This document shows, piece after piece, positions 12,738 through 22,170 of a DNA stretch of 64,000 bases; the stretch's first letter is position 1, and each line of letters starts with the position of its first letter. The stretch is from Phycisphaerales bacterium (GTDB taxonomy: Bacteria; Planctomycetota; Phycisphaerae; Phycisphaerales; UBA1924), in the NCBI GenBank assembly GCA_965227775.1, contig OZ245777.1, forward strand, positions 1,600,001-1,664,000, written 5' to 3'. The notes below the pieces were generated by a model, which was not told where the DNA came from, searched no databases, and worked only from the letters and a program-made list of their open reading frames with translations. Both the position numbers and the translations under genes were made by a program.

Positions 12738-13754
12738 ATGGAGCAACCGCTGCCAAAGCGTCCCTGCATCGCGGTGTCGATGGGCGATCCGGGCAGCATT
12801 GCGCCAGAAGTTCTCTGCGCCGCCCTCCGTGCCGGCGCTGGCGACGCGGCTCGGGTTGTCATCTACGGCCCGGCCCGGGCCCTCGGGCGGCACGACTGGC
12901 CGGTCGTCGACTCTGTCGATGCGGTCGATCCGGGAGAGCCCATCACCGTGTGCCAGCTCGGCGATCGTGACGATGGGCAGCCGTTCGCCCACGAGCCGGA
13001 CGCACGCAACGGTGCGATCAGCCACGCCCAGGTGCTGCACGCGATGGACGCGACGGCGCTGCCCGAGGGCCACCCTGCCCGGGCCGACGCCATCAGCACC
13101 GGGCCGATCAGCAAGGCTGCCTGGGTGTTGGCCGGGTTGGGGGCCCACCTCGGTCACACCGAGCTGCTGGCCGAGCGATTGGCGACCGGCCGCCACGCGA
13201 TGGCGTTCGTGAGCCAGCCGCTGCTTGTGGCCCTCGTGACGGCCCACGTGCCGCTTCGGGCCGTCCCGGACGCGATCTCCACTGCCAGGGTGCTGGACGT
13301 GATCGAATTGGCCGCCAACCTGTGCCAAGACCTGGGCATCGAGTCCCCGCGCGTGGCGGTGGCGGGGGTGAATCCCCACGCCGGCGAGGGGGGTTCGTTG
13401 GGCTCGGAAGACCTGGAGGTCGTCGCACCAGCCGTGGTTCAGGCTCGCGACCGGGGCCTGGACGTCACAGGCCCCTTGCCGGGTGACACGGTGTTCCGCG
13501 ATGCTCGCCGGCCGGGCGGGATCTTCGACATTGTGGTGGCGATGTACCACGATCAGGCCCTGGCGCCGCTGAAGCTGGTGGCCTTCGACAACGCGGTGAA
13601 CATAACCTTGGGGCTCGCCGTGCCGCGAACCAGCCCAGACCACGGAACCGCGTTCGGCATCGCCGGGCGGGGCGTGGCCGACGCCGGTTCAATGGCCGCG
13701 GCCCTGCGTCTGGCGGCGAAACTCGCGGCCGCACGCGCCACCTCCCCCTCGTAG
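12738..13754 (+). CDS. pdxA: 4-hydroxythreonine-4-phosphate dehydrogenase
   Basis: 'SMGDPGSI', 'GHTELLA', 'GVNPHAGE', 'AMYHDQ', 'RTSPDHGTAF.IAG'. Confidence 0.95.
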   Translation: MEQPLPKRPCIAVSMGDPGSIAPEVLCAALRAGAGDAARVVIYGPARALGRHDWPVVDSVDAVDPGEPITVCQLGDRDDGQPFAHEPDARNGAISHAQVLHAMDATALPEGHPARADAISTGPISKAAWVLAGLGAHLGHTELLAERLATGRHAMAFVSQPLLVALVTAHVPLRAVPDAISTARVLDVIELAANLCQDLGIESPRVAVAGVNPHAGEGGSLGSEDLEVVAPAVVQARDRGLDVTGPLPGDTVFRDARRPGGIFDIVVAMYHDQALAPLKLVAFDNAVNITLGLAVPRTSPDHGTAFGIAGRGVADAGSMAAALRLAAKLAAARATSPS

Positions 13755-13787
13755 CGGCGCCCGCGGGCGTCGCGGAAGCCACGCCCC

Positions 13788-15206
13788 ATGTCCGTGCCCG
13801 GCGCCCCAGACGAGCAACGCGAGTTCCTGCGGCATCCGCTGCTGGACATGCTGTTCATTGCCGCGCCGAGCATCGTGCAGATGGTCAGCTACTCGGCGAT
13901 GCAGTTCGTCGACACCATCATGGTGACCCGCTGGGGCAACGACCCGATCTTCGTGAGCGCCCTGGGCAACGGTGGCATGCTCGCGTGGATCCCGATCTCG
14001 CTCGTCATTGGCATGGCCGGAGTTGTGTCCAGCTTCGTCTCGCAGAACCTGGGCGCGGGCACGCCGCGCATTGGGGCGCGATACGTCTGGGCCCAGCTCT
14101 GGATCTCGATCTGTGCCGCGGTGCTGCTGCTTTGTCTCGTGCCGCTGCTGCCGATGGTCTACGGCGCTCTGGGGCACACGCCCGAGCTCGTGGCGCTCGA
14201 GAGCCGCTACGCGGGCATCGTCATCATGGGCGCGATCTTCCCCATGGCCGCGCGCACGGTGGCCCAGTACTTCTTTGGCATGCACAAGCCGGTGATCCCC
14301 ATGGTCGCCGCGCTCGCCGGCAACGCCGTGAACATCCTGGGCAACTGGGTGCTGATCTTCGGGTTGCTGGGCTTCCCAGAGCTGGGGCTTACGGGCGCCG
14401 CCATCGCCACCGTGCTGGGCGGTGCGGTCGAGTTCCTGATTCCCATGATCATCTTCCTGCTGCCGCACTGGCACAACCAATTCGACACGCGCACGCTTTG
14501 GCGGCCGAATTGGAAGCCGATCAAGGAGATCTTGCGCATCGGCACGCCAGCTGGGCTCATGTTCGTGAACGAGATGATCTGCTTCGGCTATCTGCTCGTT
14601 GGTCTCGCCGGGCGCTTTGGCGAGGTGCAGCAGGCGGCGGGGTGGATCGCGCTGCGCTACATGAGCCTCTCTTTCATGCCCACGGTCGGGCTATCGATTG
14701 CGATCACCGCCATCGTGGGGCGGCTGATCGGCATGGGCCGACTGGATCTCGCCGAGAAGCGCGCGTGGCTCGGCATGGCCCTCGGCGTGGGCTACATGGG
14801 CACGTGCGCGACGTGCTTCATCCTCTTCCGCCACGAGCTGATGGGGCTGTTCGTGACGGCGGATATGGCCGAGGAGAGCGCTGCCGAGCTCATCCGTGTG
14901 GGCTCGATGATCCTGATCGCCGCGGCGGTGTTCCAGGTGTTCGACGCGGTGGCGGTGACGATGACCGGCGCCCTGCGCGGCGCGGGCGACACACTCGTGC
15001 CCAGCGTGCTGACCATCGGCCTGTCATGGCTGCTGATCGTCGGCGGCGGCCATCTCGCGATCGAATTCGTACCCCAGTGGGGTGCCTTGGGCCCCTGGAT
15101 CTTCGCGTCAGCCTACATCGTGGTGTTGGGCGTCTGCCTGCTGGTGCGATTCAAGATGGGCGCATGGAAGCGAATGAGGCTCTCGGGCGATCAGATCACG
15201 GTCTGA
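13788..15206 (+). CDS. MATE-family efflux transporter
   Basis: About 12 TM helices, 'FVDTIMV', 'IFGLLGFPELGLTGAAIAT', 'GALRGAGDT'. Confidence 0.92.
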   Translation: MSVPGAPDEQREFLRHPLLDMLFIAAPSIVQMVSYSAMQFVDTIMVTRWGNDPIFVSALGNGGMLAWIPISLVIGMAGVVSSFVSQNLGAGTPRIGARYVWAQLWISICAAVLLLCLVPLLPMVYGALGHTPELVALESRYAGIVIMGAIFPMAARTVAQYFFGMHKPVIPMVAALAGNAVNILGNWVLIFGLLGFPELGLTGAAIATVLGGAVEFLIPMIIFLLPHWHNQFDTRTLWRPNWKPIKEILRIGTPAGLMFVNEMICFGYLLVGLAGRFGEVQQAAGWIALRYMSLSFMPTVGLSIAITAIVGRLIGMGRLDLAEKRAWLGMALGVGYMGTCATCFILFRHELMGLFVTADMAEESAAELIRVGSMILIAAAVFQVFDAVAVTMTGALRGAGDTLVPSVLTIGLSWLLIVGGGHLAIEFVPQWGALGPWIFASAYIVVLGVCLLVRFKMGAWKRMRLSGDQITV

Positions 15207-15301
15207 GGCCACAGAGATGCTCGAAGGGAGGCACCGGTCGGGGCCGCCTAGAATCACGATCCAGCCGTGAGGTTCCCTTTTTGCCCGTTGGAGGTCTCGC
15301 C

Positions 15302-16240
15302 TTGAGTTCCAGTTCGTCGCCGAGCGCTCTCGACATGGTCATCGGTTCCGGTGGAGATTCCGCCCAGGCCACCCGCTTGCTCGAAGAGGCACGCCAGCAG
15401 GCCGCCGCGGGCGACCGCCTGGACGCCATCGAGACGCTCCGCAAGGCTGTCCAGGCCGACGCCGGGCACGACGAGGCGGCCTTCCAGCTCGCCTACCACC
15501 TCGACCTGGCGGGCGAAGAAGACGAGGCCATCAGCCTCTACGAGCGGCTGTGCGACAAGACGCCCGCCCCGGTGAACGCCCTGCTGAACCTGGCCGTGCT
15601 CTACGAAGATCGCGGCGAGTTTTCTCGTGCGGAGCGATGCCTGCGCCAGGTGCTCGACACCGACCCGAACCATCCAAGGGCCCGGCTCTACATGAAGGAC
15701 GTCATCGCCAGCCGCGACGAGGGCGTGGTCGAGGACGCCGAGAGCGATCACCTCAAGCGTCGCCAGGAGATGGAGACGGCGGTCACCGACTTCGACCTCT
15801 CGGTGCGAACGCGTACCGCCCTGAAGCGGATGAACATCCGCACGCTTGGCGACCTGCTGCGGACGACCGAAGCCGAGCTGATGAGCTACAAGAACTTCGG
15901 CGACTCGAGCCTGGACGAGATCAAGAAGATGCTCGCCGGCAAGAACATGGCGTTGGGCCAGGGTGTCGACGATGGGCATCGCTCGGGCCGCCGAACCGCG
16001 CTCGACCGCTTCCGCGGCACCAGCCAGGAGGCCATGCTCAACAAGCCCGTGACCGATCTGGCCCTAAGCGTCCGTGCGCGCCGAGCTCTGCAGTTGCTCA
16101 ATATCCAGAGCCTGGGCGACCTGGTGAGCCATACCGAGGCCGAGCTCATGGGCGTGAAAAACTTCGGCGCCACCTCGCTCACCGAGGTGAAGGAGCGGCT
16201 CGGCGAGATCGGCATGACGCTCCGGACGATCGATGAATAA
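15302..16240 (+). CDS. TPR protein with two RNA polymerase alpha C-terminal domains
   Basis: N-terminal TPRs, then two copies of '[FL].LSVR.R.AL...NI..LGDL...TEAELM..KNFG..SL.E[IV]K'. TTG start 7 nt after GGAGG. Confidence 0.88.
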   Translation: MSSSSSPSALDMVIGSGGDSAQATRLLEEARQQAAAGDRLDAIETLRKAVQADAGHDEAAFQLAYHLDLAGEEDEAISLYERLCDKTPAPVNALLNLAVLYEDRGEFSRAERCLRQVLDTDPNHPRARLYMKDVIASRDEGVVEDAESDHLKRRQEMETAVTDFDLSVRTRTALKRMNIRTLGDLLRTTEAELMSYKNFGDSSLDEIKKMLAGKNMALGQGVDDGHRSGRRTALDRFRGTSQEAMLNKPVTDLALSVRARRALQLLNIQSLGDLVSHTEAELMGVKNFGATSLTEVKERLGEIGMTLRTIDE

Positions 16241-16294
16241 GTAGATTCACTTATAATTCGGCAGTTCGGTCCCGCAGATGTTGCGCAGAACCAT

Positions 16295-16334
16295 GACCTG
16301 GCCCCCGCTCTGAGCGAGCGATCGGGTCTTTTTT
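16295..16334 (+). terminator. Putative intrinsic terminator
   Basis: GACCTGG...CGCTC-TGAGC-GAGCG...TCGGGTC followed by T6. Confidence 0.55.
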
Positions 16335-16355
16335 CGCCAATGCCATAAAAAAGGG

Positions 16356-16385
16356 TTTACAAGACCCCATGGTTTCGGTTAGGCT
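16356..16385 (+). promoter_or_regulatory. Putative sigma70 promoter of an orphan small transcript
   Basis: TTTACA-N18-TAGGCT with an A-tract upstream. Confidence 0.5.
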
Positions 16386-16390
16386 GAAAT

Positions 16391-16465
16391 CGTTCCGGGG
16401 TCTCCCCGGGATGCATTCCTCGCAACAGGCGACCCGGCATCTCGTGGAGTCGGGTCGCCTTTTTT
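16391..16465 (+). ncRNA. Candidate small regulatory RNA
   Basis: Upstream promoter, a 5' hairpin, a CU-rich linker and a 12-bp terminator (AGGCGACCCGGC/GTCGGGTCGCCT) with T6. No credible ORF. Confidence 0.45.
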
Positions 16466-16496
16466 GTTGCTGCTTGTCCTATCCTCGCAGCCCTCT

Positions 16497-16811
16497 CTAC
16501 GCGGGGCCCTGGCCATCGGATCCCGGTTCACCGGATCCTCCCGGCTCGCCCGGTCGCGTGCCCGTCTTGCGGTAGCTGCGGCGGCCGCTGGCGTAGAGCA
16601 CCGGATCAACACGGACTTCCATTGATTCGCCCGCCGCATGCTGGCGGTGGAGTTGCTTGAGCACCGGGATGCACCAGCCGCAGCCCGTGCCAGCCCCCAG
16701 GCACTCGCTGATGAGTGAAGCAACCGGCGGATCTTCGCGGCGGACGAACGCCTGCACCTTCCCAAGAGGCACGTGGAAGCACAAACAGACGTCGTCGTCC
16801 GGCCCCATCAT
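16497..16811 (-). CDS. BFD-like [2Fe-2S] protein
   Basis: 'VCLCFHV...GAGTGCGWC' Cys pattern. Confidence 0.85.
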   Translation of the reverse strand: MMGPDDDVCLCFHVPLGKVQAFVRREDPPVASLISECLGAGTGCGWCIPVLKQLHRQHAAGESMEVRVDPVLYASGRRSYRKTGTRPGEPGGSGEPGSDGQGPA

Positions 16812-17422
16812 GAGCCGGCGGCGTCCCCGGGCTCGTCCTCAGCGCTGGGCAGTGGCTCACCGATCGTGTAGTGCAGGCGATGGCCCAAGAAGCGTTCCAT
16901 CAGCGTGGGCTGCCCGCCGACCTCTTCCATTCGCAGCATCGCTTCGTCGAGCGGGATGCCGTCTTCCTCGACGAGGTAGGCCGCCCAGAGGTGTCGCGCT
17001 CTCCCGCCCGACGCGCAGTGGATCATGACCGGGCCATCGACGCCCTCGATCTCATCGGCGAACGCCGCGACCTGCTCGGGGTTGTACCCCTCGTCGCCGC
17101 CCATTGGGATCCACGCGTATTGCATGCCCCGGCTCTCGACCTCAACTTGCGGATCGAAGTCGAGCCGATCGATCTCCGGCTGCGTGCGCAAGTTGACGAC
17201 GAGGACGGTGCCGGCCGCTGCCTGACGCTCGTAGTCGTCTGGGGCGGGCTGCCCGGCGATGCGCCACCGGTCCCAGTGGTGCACCTCGATCGGCTCGGCC
17301 TCGGCCGACTCGGGGGCGACCGCGGGCTCGCTGGTCGCGCAGTGCTGGCACGCGCACCCCCCGAGGAGCGCAATGCACGTGACGCTGGTGATCGCGAGGA
17401 CGGCTGTTCGTGGCTGGATCAT
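16808..17422 (-). CDS. Lipoprotein, DUF442/phosphatase-like (CX5R) domain
   Basis: LGGC lipobox, 'AGQP', 'VVNLR', 'HCASGGRA' CX5R loop. Confidence 0.8.
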   Translation of the reverse strand: MIQPRTAVLAITSVTCIALLGGCACQHCATSEPAVAPESAEAEPIEVHHWDRWRIAGQPAPDDYERQAAAGTVLVVNLRTQPEIDRLDFDPQVEVESRGMQYAWIPMGGDEGYNPEQVAAFADEIEGVDGPVMIHCASGGRARHLWAAYLVEEDGIPLDEAMLRMEEVGGQPTLMERFLGHRLHYTIGEPLPSAEDEPGDAAGS

Positions 17423-17503
17423 GCCCAAGCGTACCATGCCCGCCTTGGCGGGGTTTCGGTTCGGGAGTTGGTCAGGCAAGCTGGCCAGGAAGGGACGACG
17501 GCG

Positions 17504-18901
17504 ATGAGTTGGATCCGTGTGAAGGACGCCCTGGCGGCCGACGAGGGCTCAAAAGTGACGCTCAAAGGCTGGGTTCGCACCCGCCGAGACTCGAAGGCCG
17601 GGCTGAGCTTCGTCCAGCTCCACGACGGCTCGTGCTTTGACCCCATCCAGGTCGTCGCCAAGACCGACCTGCCCAACTACGAGGGTGAGATCCTGCACCT
17701 GACGACGGGCTGCGCGATCGAGGTCGACGGCGAGCTGGTCGCCAGCCAGGGCAAGGGCCAGCGCGTCGAAGTCCTCGCCAGCGCCGTCCGCGTCGTCGGC
17801 ATGGTCGAAGATCCCGATACTTATCCCGCGAGCGCGAAGCGGCACAGCTTCGAGTACCTCCGCGAAGTGGCGCACCTGCGACCGCGCACCAACACGTTCG
17901 GTGCCATGGCGCGCGTGCGGCATCGCCTGGCCTACGCGATCCACACGTACTTCGAGAACAACGGCTTCTACTGGGTGCACACGCCCATCATCACCACGAG
18001 CGACGCGGAAGGAGCGGGGCACCTGTTCCGCGTCAGCACGCTCGACGCCGTCAACCCGCCCATGGCCGAGGGTGGACAAGGCGTCGATTGGCACCAGGAC
18101 TTCTTCGGCAAGCAGTCGTTTCTGACGGTGTCGGGCCAGCTCAACGTCGAGACGTACTGCTGTGCGCTCAGCCGCGTGTACACGTTCGGTCCGACGTTCC
18201 GTGCGGAGAACAGCAATACCAGCCGCCACCTGGCAGAGTTCTGGATGATCGAGCCCGAGATTGCCTTTGCCGACCTCACCGACAACGCCAAGCTCGCCGA
18301 GGGGCTCCTGAAGTACGTGTTTGACGATTTGCTCACGCACTGCGCCGACGACGCTGCATTCTTCGACGAGCGCATCGAGAAGGGACTGATTGACAGGCTG
18401 AAGCACGTGATCGCCTCACCGTTCCGGATGCTGCCCTACACCGAGGCGGTCGACATCCTGCAGAACAGCGGCAAGAAGTTCGAGTACCCGGTCGAGTGGG
18501 GCACCGACCTGCAGAGCGAGCACGAGCGGTACCTGACCGAGGAGAAGTTCAAGCAGCCCGTGGTGGTGGTGGACTATCCCAAGGACATCAAGGCGTTCTA
18601 CATGCGCCGCAACGACGACGGCAAGACCGTGGCGGCGATGGACGTGCTCGTGCCGGGCGTCGGCGAGTTGATCGGTGGCAGCCAGCGTGAGGAACGCCTG
18701 GACGTGCTCGACGAGCGCATCGACGAGATGGGCCTGCCCAAGGACGAGTACGGCTGGTACCGCGATCTCCGCCGCTACGGCACGGTACCCCACGCCGGCT
18801 TTGGCCTGGGTTTCGAGCGACTGGTGATGTACTGCACGGGCCTGCAGAACATCCGCGACGCGATCCCGTTCCCGCGGGCGCCGGGGCAGGCCGCGTTCTG
18901 A
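17504..18901 (+). CDS. asnS: Asparagine--tRNA ligase
   Basis: OB fold '[10 protein letters not shown]', 'FLTVSGQL', '[21 protein letters not shown]', '[11 protein letters not shown]'. Confidence 0.97.
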   Translation: MSWIRVKDALAADEGSKVTLKGWVRTRRDSKAGLSFVQLHDGSCFDPIQVVAKTDLPNYEGEILHLTTGCAIEVDGELVASQGKGQRVEVLASAVRVVGMVEDPDTYPASAKRHSFEYLREVAHLRPRTNTFGAMARVRHRLAYAIHTYFENNGFYWVHTPIITTSDAEGAGHLFRVSTLDAVNPPMAEGGQGVDWHQDFFGKQSFLTVSGQLNVETYCCALSRVYTFGPTFRAENSNTSRHLAEFWMIEPEIAFADLTDNAKLAEGLLKYVFDDLLTHCADDAAFFDERIEKGLIDRLKHVIASPFRMLPYTEAVDILQNSGKKFEYPVEWGTDLQSEHERYLTEEKFKQPVVVVDYPKDIKAFYMRRNDDGKTVAAMDVLVPGVGELIGGSQREERLDVLDERIDEMGLPKDEYGWYRDLRRYGTVPHAGFGLGFERLVMYCTGLQNIRDAIPFPRAPGQAAF

Positions 18902-20218
18902 TTACGAAAGCGCCTTGATCGCACCGGCGATCATGAACGAGCCGCAGCAGAGGATCACGCCGCTGGTTCCGGCCAGCGAACGAGCGATCGCCAACGCCTC
19001 TGCAGGATCAGGATTCGATTCGCAATTCTGATCGAACACGGCAGCGAGGTCATGGGCGGAGCGGGCGCGTGGGCCGGCCTCGGTGAATACCACGCGAGCG
19101 TTGGCGCGGCGCAACTCGGCAAACATGCCTTCGGCGTCCTTGTCTCTGGAGCAACCGAAGAGAACCACCAGCCGACCTTCGTGCCCGGGTAGTGCCGCCA
19201 GCGTGGCCCGCAGCGATGCGGGCGTGTGCGCACCATCCACGATCACCGCGGGCGCACGAGCGACGACCTCCATTCGTCCATCGCGGGGCGTGGACTCGAG
19301 ACCTTGGACGATCGCGTCTGCGCTGAGGCGGTCGCCCAGCATCTCGACGCTCGCCGCGACGGCGGCGGCAGTGTTGGCGGCCTGATGAGCCCCTGGGAGC
19401 GGGCAGCGAATGTCGATGAGGTCGCGGCCGTCGATGGAGACGCTCACGACAGCGTGCGCGTTGTCCATGCGGTGCTCGAACGGCAGGTCATCGCCGAGGA
19501 CGTGGAGTGGCGCGTCGATCTCGTCCGCTTGCGCTCGGAACACGTCGAGCACCTCCGGTGGATTCGGCGTGCAAATCGCTGGCACGCCAGGCTTCAGGAT
19601 GCCGGCCTTCTCGTAGGCGATCTCCGTGAGCGTCTCGCCCAGGATCTCCGTGTGCTCCAACTCGATCGACCCGAGCACGCATGCAGCCGGCCGGACGATG
19701 TTGGTCGAGTCGAGCCGGCCGCCCAGACCAACCTCGAGCACGGCCGCGTCGCAGGCCGACCTCGCGAAGTGGTCGAACGCGGCCGCGGTGATGGCCTCGA
19801 AGTAGGTTGGCGTGCCGAAGCGATCGATGACCTCGGGCGGCAAATCGGCCTCGCCCTGGGACACACGCCCGAGCGCGAGGGCCAGATCTGCATCCGAGAT
19901 CGGCACCCGGTCGACGGCGATGCGTTCGTTGGGCGCGATCAGGTGCGGGCTGGTGAATGCTCCTGTGCGCAGTCCGGCCGCGGTCAGGATGCTTGCCGCC
20001 ATCCTGGTGATGCTGCCCTTGCCCTTGCTACCGGCGACGTGGATGGCAGGGACGGCCAGGTGCGGATCGCCAAGAACGGCCGACAACGCCCGCATTCGGT
20101 CGAGCTTCAGCATGCGAACAGCTAGATCTCGGTTGGGCTGGCGCTCGAAGTTGACCTTGGCGTTGAGCCAGGCCATGGCGGCCTCGATGGACCCATCTTG
20201 CGGTGTTGGGGCTGGCAT
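18902..20218 (-). CDS. folC: Folylpolyglutamate synthase/dihydrofolate synthase
   Basis: 'HVAGSKGKGS', 'FTSPHL', 'EVGLGGRLDSTN', 'DGAH'. Confidence 0.93.
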   Translation of the reverse strand: MPAPTPQDGSIEAAMAWLNAKVNFERQPNRDLAVRMLKLDRMRALSAVLGDPHLAVPAIHVAGSKGKGSITRMAASILTAAGLRTGAFTSPHLIAPNERIAVDRVPISDADLALALGRVSQGEADLPPEVIDRFGTPTYFEAITAAAFDHFARSACDAAVLEVGLGGRLDSTNIVRPAACVLGSIELEHTEILGETLTEIAYEKAGILKPGVPAICTPNPPEVLDVFRAQADEIDAPLHVLGDDLPFEHRMDNAHAVVSVSIDGRDLIDIRCPLPGAHQAANTAAAVAASVEMLGDRLSADAIVQGLESTPRDGRMEVVARAPAVIVDGAHTPASLRATLAALPGHEGRLVVLFGCSRDKDAEGMFAELRRANARVVFTEAGPRARSAHDLAAVFDQNCESNPDPAEALAIARSLAGTSGVILCCGSFMIAGAIKALS

Positions 20219-20255
20219 CGCTTGCTTGTGGCCGTCGGAGGCCGATGATCCCGGC

Positions 20256-21113
20256 ATGGCCGAGCATAGTAAAGAGCAAACTGGTGATCGTGACGGCATG
20301 CACTTTGGCCCCTTCCCCGAAGCGCAAACCGACCGCGGACATGATTCCTGGCGGGTGCTGCGGATCATGAGCGAGTTCGTCGAGGGGTTCGACACACTCG
20401 AGCGGCTGCCGCCGGCGGTCACCATCTTCGGCTCGGCTCGTACCAAGCTGGACCAGCCGATGTACGAGGCGGCTCGGCGAATGGGGCGTGCGCTGGCCGA
20501 GTCGGGCCTCACCGTCGTTACAGGCGGCGGCCCGGGCATCATGGAGGCCGGCAACCGAGGGGCTTACGAGGCGGGCGGTCGATCGGTGGGCATGAATATC
20601 GCGCTGCCCATGGAGCAGGCCCCCAACCCCTACCAGACCGACGAGCTGACCTTCGAGTACTTCTTCGTTCGCAAGGTGATGCTCGTGAAGTACGCCAGGG
20701 CCTTCGTCATCTTCCCGGGCGGCTTCGGGACCCTCGACGAGTTCTTCGAGTCCATGACGCTCATGCAGACGCTCAAGATCAAGCCGTTCCCCCTGATCCT
20801 GTTCGGTTCGGAGTTCTGGGCAGAACCGGTCGCGTGGATCCGGGAGAGCATGTGTAACAAGTTCCAAACAATTTCTGAAGCCGACCTCTCGCTGTTTCAT
20901 GTTGTCGACGACGTCGACGCTGCCATGGCCCTCATCAAGCCGGCGATCGAGGGAACGTACGAAACAGCGCTGCCCGGAGTCATCGGACCTGCGGCGCGCG
21001 AAAGCGGAGAAGGGACCCGCCGTGGCGTGCATCCCAGGCGTGGTGGACCGACGTCGAGCGGGCGTCCTTCGGGCTACCGTTCGGAGATTCCACGACGATT
21101 CGATGCAGACTGA
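20256..21113 (+). CDS. LOG-family (TIGR00730-like) nucleotide phosphoribohydrolase
   Basis: 'TIFGSAR', 'TGGGPGIMEA', 'FFVRKVM', 'PGGFGTLDE'. Confidence 0.92.
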   Translation: MAEHSKEQTGDRDGMHFGPFPEAQTDRGHDSWRVLRIMSEFVEGFDTLERLPPAVTIFGSARTKLDQPMYEAARRMGRALAESGLTVVTGGGPGIMEAGNRGAYEAGGRSVGMNIALPMEQAPNPYQTDELTFEYFFVRKVMLVKYARAFVIFPGGFGTLDEFFESMTLMQTLKIKPFPLILFGSEFWAEPVAWIRESMCNKFQTISEADLSLFHVVDDVDAAMALIKPAIEGTYETALPGVIGPAARESGEGTRRGVHPRRGGPTSSGRPSGYRSEIPRRFDAD

Positions 21114-21260
21114 GGTTGATTCTTCGGGTGAAATCTGCGATACTGCCGGTCCGGGCCCGCTCGCATCGCAGCCGCGCCCGACCGATTCGCGACGGACCGG
21201 CAAATCGTGGGTGCCGGCCGCTCTCAGCCTCCATCGGGCTAGACCCCTCTAGGAGTCGCC

Positions 21261-21731
21261 ATGGCTTCCAAAGGCAACGCGAGCATCGGCGCCGAAAAGA
21301 ACGTCACAAAGAAACACCTGGTCGACGAGATCACCCGCCAGACCAAGCTTTCACGGCACGACGTGCAGAACGTGGTGCAGGGCGTGCTCGACCAGATCAT
21401 CGAGGCCGTCGGAAATGGTCAGCGCATCGAGATCCGAGACTTCGGTGTGTTCGAGGTGAAGGAGCGAGCCGCCAGGACCGCCCAGAACCCGAAGACGCTC
21501 GAGCCAGTGACCGTGCCGCCGAAGCAAGCCGTGCGGTTCAAGCCGGGTCGGCTGATGAAGGCCGCCCTGGAGGCTCGAGTCGATAGTCGTCGGGACGGGA
21601 CGGCCGGCGAGCCGGAACCCGTGCCTGCGGTCGAACCATTGCTCAACGGGCAAGCCCAGCGAGAAGATGAGGCACCTCTGATCGAGGTTCGGCGCGAGGA
21701 GCGTGTGCCCGCCGCCGCCGGCCGGCACTGA
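21261..21731 (+). CDS. HU/IHF-family DNA-binding protein with a C-terminal extension
   Basis: 'TKKHLV', 'IEIRDFGVFEVK.RAAR..QNPKT', 'RFKPG'. AGGAG ribosome-binding site. Confidence 0.92.
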   Translation: MASKGNASIGAEKNVTKKHLVDEITRQTKLSRHDVQNVVQGVLDQIIEAVGNGQRIEIRDFGVFEVKERAARTAQNPKTLEPVTVPPKQAVRFKPGRLMKAALEARVDSRRDGTAGEPEPVPAVEPLLNGQAQREDEAPLIEVRREERVPAAAGRH

Positions 21732-21878
21732 CCTTTTTCGAGTTCGCGAGCGTAGGGAGACATGCCCACTGCGGGGTGACGCGGTGGCGCTGGTCTCTAC
21801 AATGACCATCTGGACCGCATTCCCGGGCCGGCGCGACGCCACAGGCGAACAGCGGCCCGTTCGAGTTGGAGTTGCCTC

Positions 21879-22142
21879 ATGCCTCACGTGATCGCCGAAC
21901 CCTGCATCGGGACAAAGGACACCTCATGCGTGGAGGTGTGCCCCGTCGACTGCATCCATCCGGGCAAGGACGAAGGCGAGTTCGAGCAGGCAAGCCAGCT
22001 CTACATCGATCCCGATACGTGCATCGATTGCGGGCTGTGCGTCGACGAGTGCCCCGTGCAGGCGATCTTCCCCGAGGAGGACCTGCCCGAGCAATGGAAC
22101 AAGTACGTCGAGCTAAACCTGGATTTCTACAAGGACAAGTAG
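21879..22142 (+). CDS. Dicluster ferredoxin (7Fe type)
   Basis: 'C..TKD.SCVEVCPVDCIH' and 'CIDCGLCVDECP'. Confidence 0.95.
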   Translation: MPHVIAEPCIGTKDTSCVEVCPVDCIHPGKDEGEFEQASQLYIDPDTCIDCGLCVDECPVQAIFPEEDLPEQWNKYVELNLDFYKDK

Positions 22143-22170
22143 TCGGCTCGATTCGCCGGGTAGCCCTGGC

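Noticed and set aside
13985..15301. Apparent 440-aa N-terminal extension of the alpha-CTD protein overlapping MATE
   Set aside because: Arg/Gly-rich off-frame translation of the MATE gene. A good RBS and TTG start exist at 15302.
16363..16402. Long hairpin GACCCC-ATGGTTTCGG...CTGAAATCGT-TCC-GGGGTC as a known riboswitch or ncRNA
   Set aside because: I could not match it to any RNA family I recognise, and it overlaps the predicted promoter. It is not called separately from the sRNA candidate.
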